Positions 61,211 through 64,000 of a DNA stretch of 64,000 bases are shown one piece after another (the first letter of the stretch is position 1; each line of letters opens with the position of its first letter). The stretch spans positions 1,178,001 to 1,242,000 of the forward strand of contig CM121341.1 in assembly GCA_051530055.1 (NCBI GenBank), given 5' to 3'. Below the pieces are notes generated by a model. The model was not told where the DNA came from and did no database searches. It was given only the letters and a program-made list of their open reading frames with translations. Position numbers and translations under genes: made by a program. This DNA is from Neoechinorhynchus agilis. Lineage: Eukaryota > Animalia > Acanthocephala.

Positions 61211-64000
61211 GTATCTTTTGATAAAATCGCTTTTAAATATTGCCATTGTGCGTATCATAGGCAAAATCGAATGAATTTTAAAGAAGACAATGAAAAATTG
61301 TAGCGGCTAACGGGTTCATATTTTTGTCACTATCCACATCTCCGTGCCAAATTTTTTTAATGAAATCAGAGTAATACCATAATCCAATTTTGAAACGATT
61401 TTGTGGAATGTTTTTCAATATCCTACTCATTGGGAGGTGAATAAATGATGTTACATATAAAATTTAAGCGAATTTTTTAATATCCTGGATTCTTGCCTTC
61501 GGGGGAAAATAGACTTTCTTTGGGTAGCTTTACCAACCCGGATTTAAATTCACTAATTTATTTCCGACATCAAGGTTTGTCATCTTGAGCATCTTTTAAT
61601 AACTAACAATTGCAAATCTTGAGGAAATGTCGGAATTATCGGACGTGAAATGATGCAAATAAATTAGTGAATTTAAATCCGGAATAGCAAAACTACCAAA
61701 AGAAAGAATTTGTTAGGGAACAAATGAGAGAGCTTTACTATTTAATATACTTTTTGTTATTAAATAACTTTTTCTTGAAAAAAAAGTATCTAAATTCTAC
61801 AAAGCTCTCTAATCTGTGCATTATGGTTTAAAATTTAAACTCAAATCATTATCTTGGAAACTGTCAGTAGTTCGAATTTTTCTCGGCAGATTTTTATAAC
61901 CGCATTTAAGCTTTGCCCAACCATTTAACCTGGAAAATAGTGCGCATCATTCCACTTGAAACACTGCGGCCAATGTATAACCTTGGACAACAACGGTTCA
62001 CGGCTATTATCTTGTCCATGGAATGGTCTGCTCAATAGTAAATCGCTTGTTTCTTACATAACGATATCTTTGGAATAAGATCCATTCAAACTTGTTAGAC
62101 TTTTATATTATTTTATATTTAAGGAGTTTATATCGTGTACCTTTCATGAGAACTGCACCATATATTTCTAATCCTAATAACAAAGTGATTGTTCCAGTGA
62201 AAAGTATAGAAGTAATCCGAAAAACTTGAAATAAGCATTCATACTTTAAAAGATGTTAGCTGTGAAATTGCAGTCCGGATTTCGCCACTCTACATTTTAA
62301 AATGCTTAAAGTTTCTAAAATACTTGAATGGTAATTGTAATGAATACGGAAACGAATATTCGGAAATTCGAAGAAAACGTTGACCATTTTTTTATAATAA
62401 AAATTGATCGTTGGAAATCCTAAACATCGACTGACATTGCAATGTCGATTTCAGGACGACACGGTATGGTACATTCACTTCTTCATTTTCGTGAACGTGT
62501 TTTTAAAAGTAGCGTAAATCGTCGTCTGATTGGCAAATATCATTCCTTAAAAAGAAATTAATATATTTACGATTGTAAAATATCTAAAAATATTCGTCAT
62601 GGATTTTAGCACCCTCATTAAAATTCACGAATTCTCAAAAATAAAAATTTTCAACGGAGAAAACTAAACGAAATGAGCAGATCCCTGTTTAATCAGGCCA
62701 CTCATTAACACTCATCAAAAGAAACAAATATATGTTCAGGAATTGAACTATAAAAGTGTTATATTTGAAAAAATCAAAGTACGATTTTCTCCCTAAGGAC
62801 GATGTCGGCGATGCGTGTTCATTTTCTAGGCATTATTGATTACGATGCTTAGTGATATTAAAATAAAGTTTACTGATTTATCACGAAGAGTGACGTGCCT
62901 CATGTTCAATCCTCCGTTGTAAGTTACTGAATGAGGATTTTTATGACATCTCCCACGAATATTGGTTCCAACCAGTTAAATCTTTGACCTGTCCTAATGA
63001 CCAACAGCCAACCGCCATTTTGTGCTCTGCGACACTTGACATCGCGGTATCTATCAGTGGCTCGGGTAGAGCAACAAAATCTTACCGATTCACCTTTTCG
63101 AAACTGTGGGAACCCATTTTATAAACTCCATCGACGCTCGAAAAACTATAAAGGACAACCACCGAGCCCTTCGACTTTAAAAACGGTTTCCCTTTCGAAA
63201 CAAGTAAAAAATTATCACTCAATGTCCACACGGATATACTACAAATCGGCATATCCAATCCTGGCTGATCCACATCAATTCTCAAATCAAAACTCGTTCA
63301 TAATATTGCCAATCTCTCTTGCACTTCTTCCTTTGGGACAATAAATCCTTTGAGATCGAAAACTTGTATCGGTTCCTCCCTTAATTTATCATCCACGACG
63401 ACAAAAGGAACCTCAATCTCCCTCATTTTCCACCTCAAATACACAGAAACCCAAAATTCAGTTCCCGCCATAATCTACTCCAACACCCGAAGCCTCCTCC
63501 CTAAACTAGATGAAATTTCATCCACTTCAAAAGCCGATGTGGTCATATTAACAATAACACCCCCCTCCGCCTTTCAACAGCAAATGAATCATCCTTCCCG
63601 GGTACTCTTCCTTCCGTATGAACCGCCAGGACCGTTCAGAAGGGAAATCTCAATTTTTGTACAGCAATGGCTACCTTACTCTTTATCTCTCACAGGCTCT
63701 CTACAAAAACCCCGATTTAGAATTCATCGCAGTCCATTTCTTTGTTCCACTAAGAAATGGTCTTAGAGAATTCACAATTGCTGGCGAACATAATCCCGGT
63801 TAAAGATTCCTTTATTATTAGGAAATATTTCGAAAGAGGAAACCTCGTCTCATCAGTCATCTAAAAAAGTTTGTGTAGTAGTTCTTTTTATTTGTTTGGT
63901 ATTGTCAGCTCGTTTTTACAGTACACCATTAGTAAGGTTTAGGCTAAAATATGTCTGCTCGTAACCCCTGCACTGTGTAGCGTTTTCTTATTATTTTCAT

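Noticed and set aside
19555-64000. Palindrome as a simple amplification (MDA) fold-back chimera
   Set aside because: The arms differ by many substitutions, indels and TE insertions, which a copy artefact would not produce; a haplotype mis-join is still possible and is listed as a test.

Overview
AT-rich eukaryotic (invertebrate animal-like) DNA with compact genes, short spliceosomal introns (about 25-80 nt, a few larger) and many decayed retroelements. It is not prokaryotic and has no CRISPR, tRNA or rRNA that I can support. Host genes: SENP/Ulp1 SUMO protease, prohibitin-2, Rab11-like GTPase, a single-RRM protein, mitochondrial HSP70, ecdysoneless (ECD), plus four genes present twice in inverted orientation (secreted PEBP-family protein, PET117-like, a pseudokinase, an atypical multi-GATA-finger protein). 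The dominant structure is a nested, imperfect giant palindrome of at least 44 kb (19555 to the window end) folded around a ~1.07-kb spacer at 41629-42698. Its mirrored blocks differ greatly in identity and are separated by arm-specific DNA (mtHSP70 + Gypsy on the left, ECD + RTE on the right). A second theme is a hammerhead-ribozyme-like motif (CTGATGA-hairpin-GAAA followed by a palindrome) at the 3' end of a Penelope-like element. It is dispersed through the window and amplified as a 201-bp A/B tandem array in one arm only. Also present: a 173-bp satellite, a hairpin-plus-tail retroposon family with long TSDs, TE chimeras, and hints of SL trans-splicing/operons. All alignments and counts were done by eye; no database searches were run.
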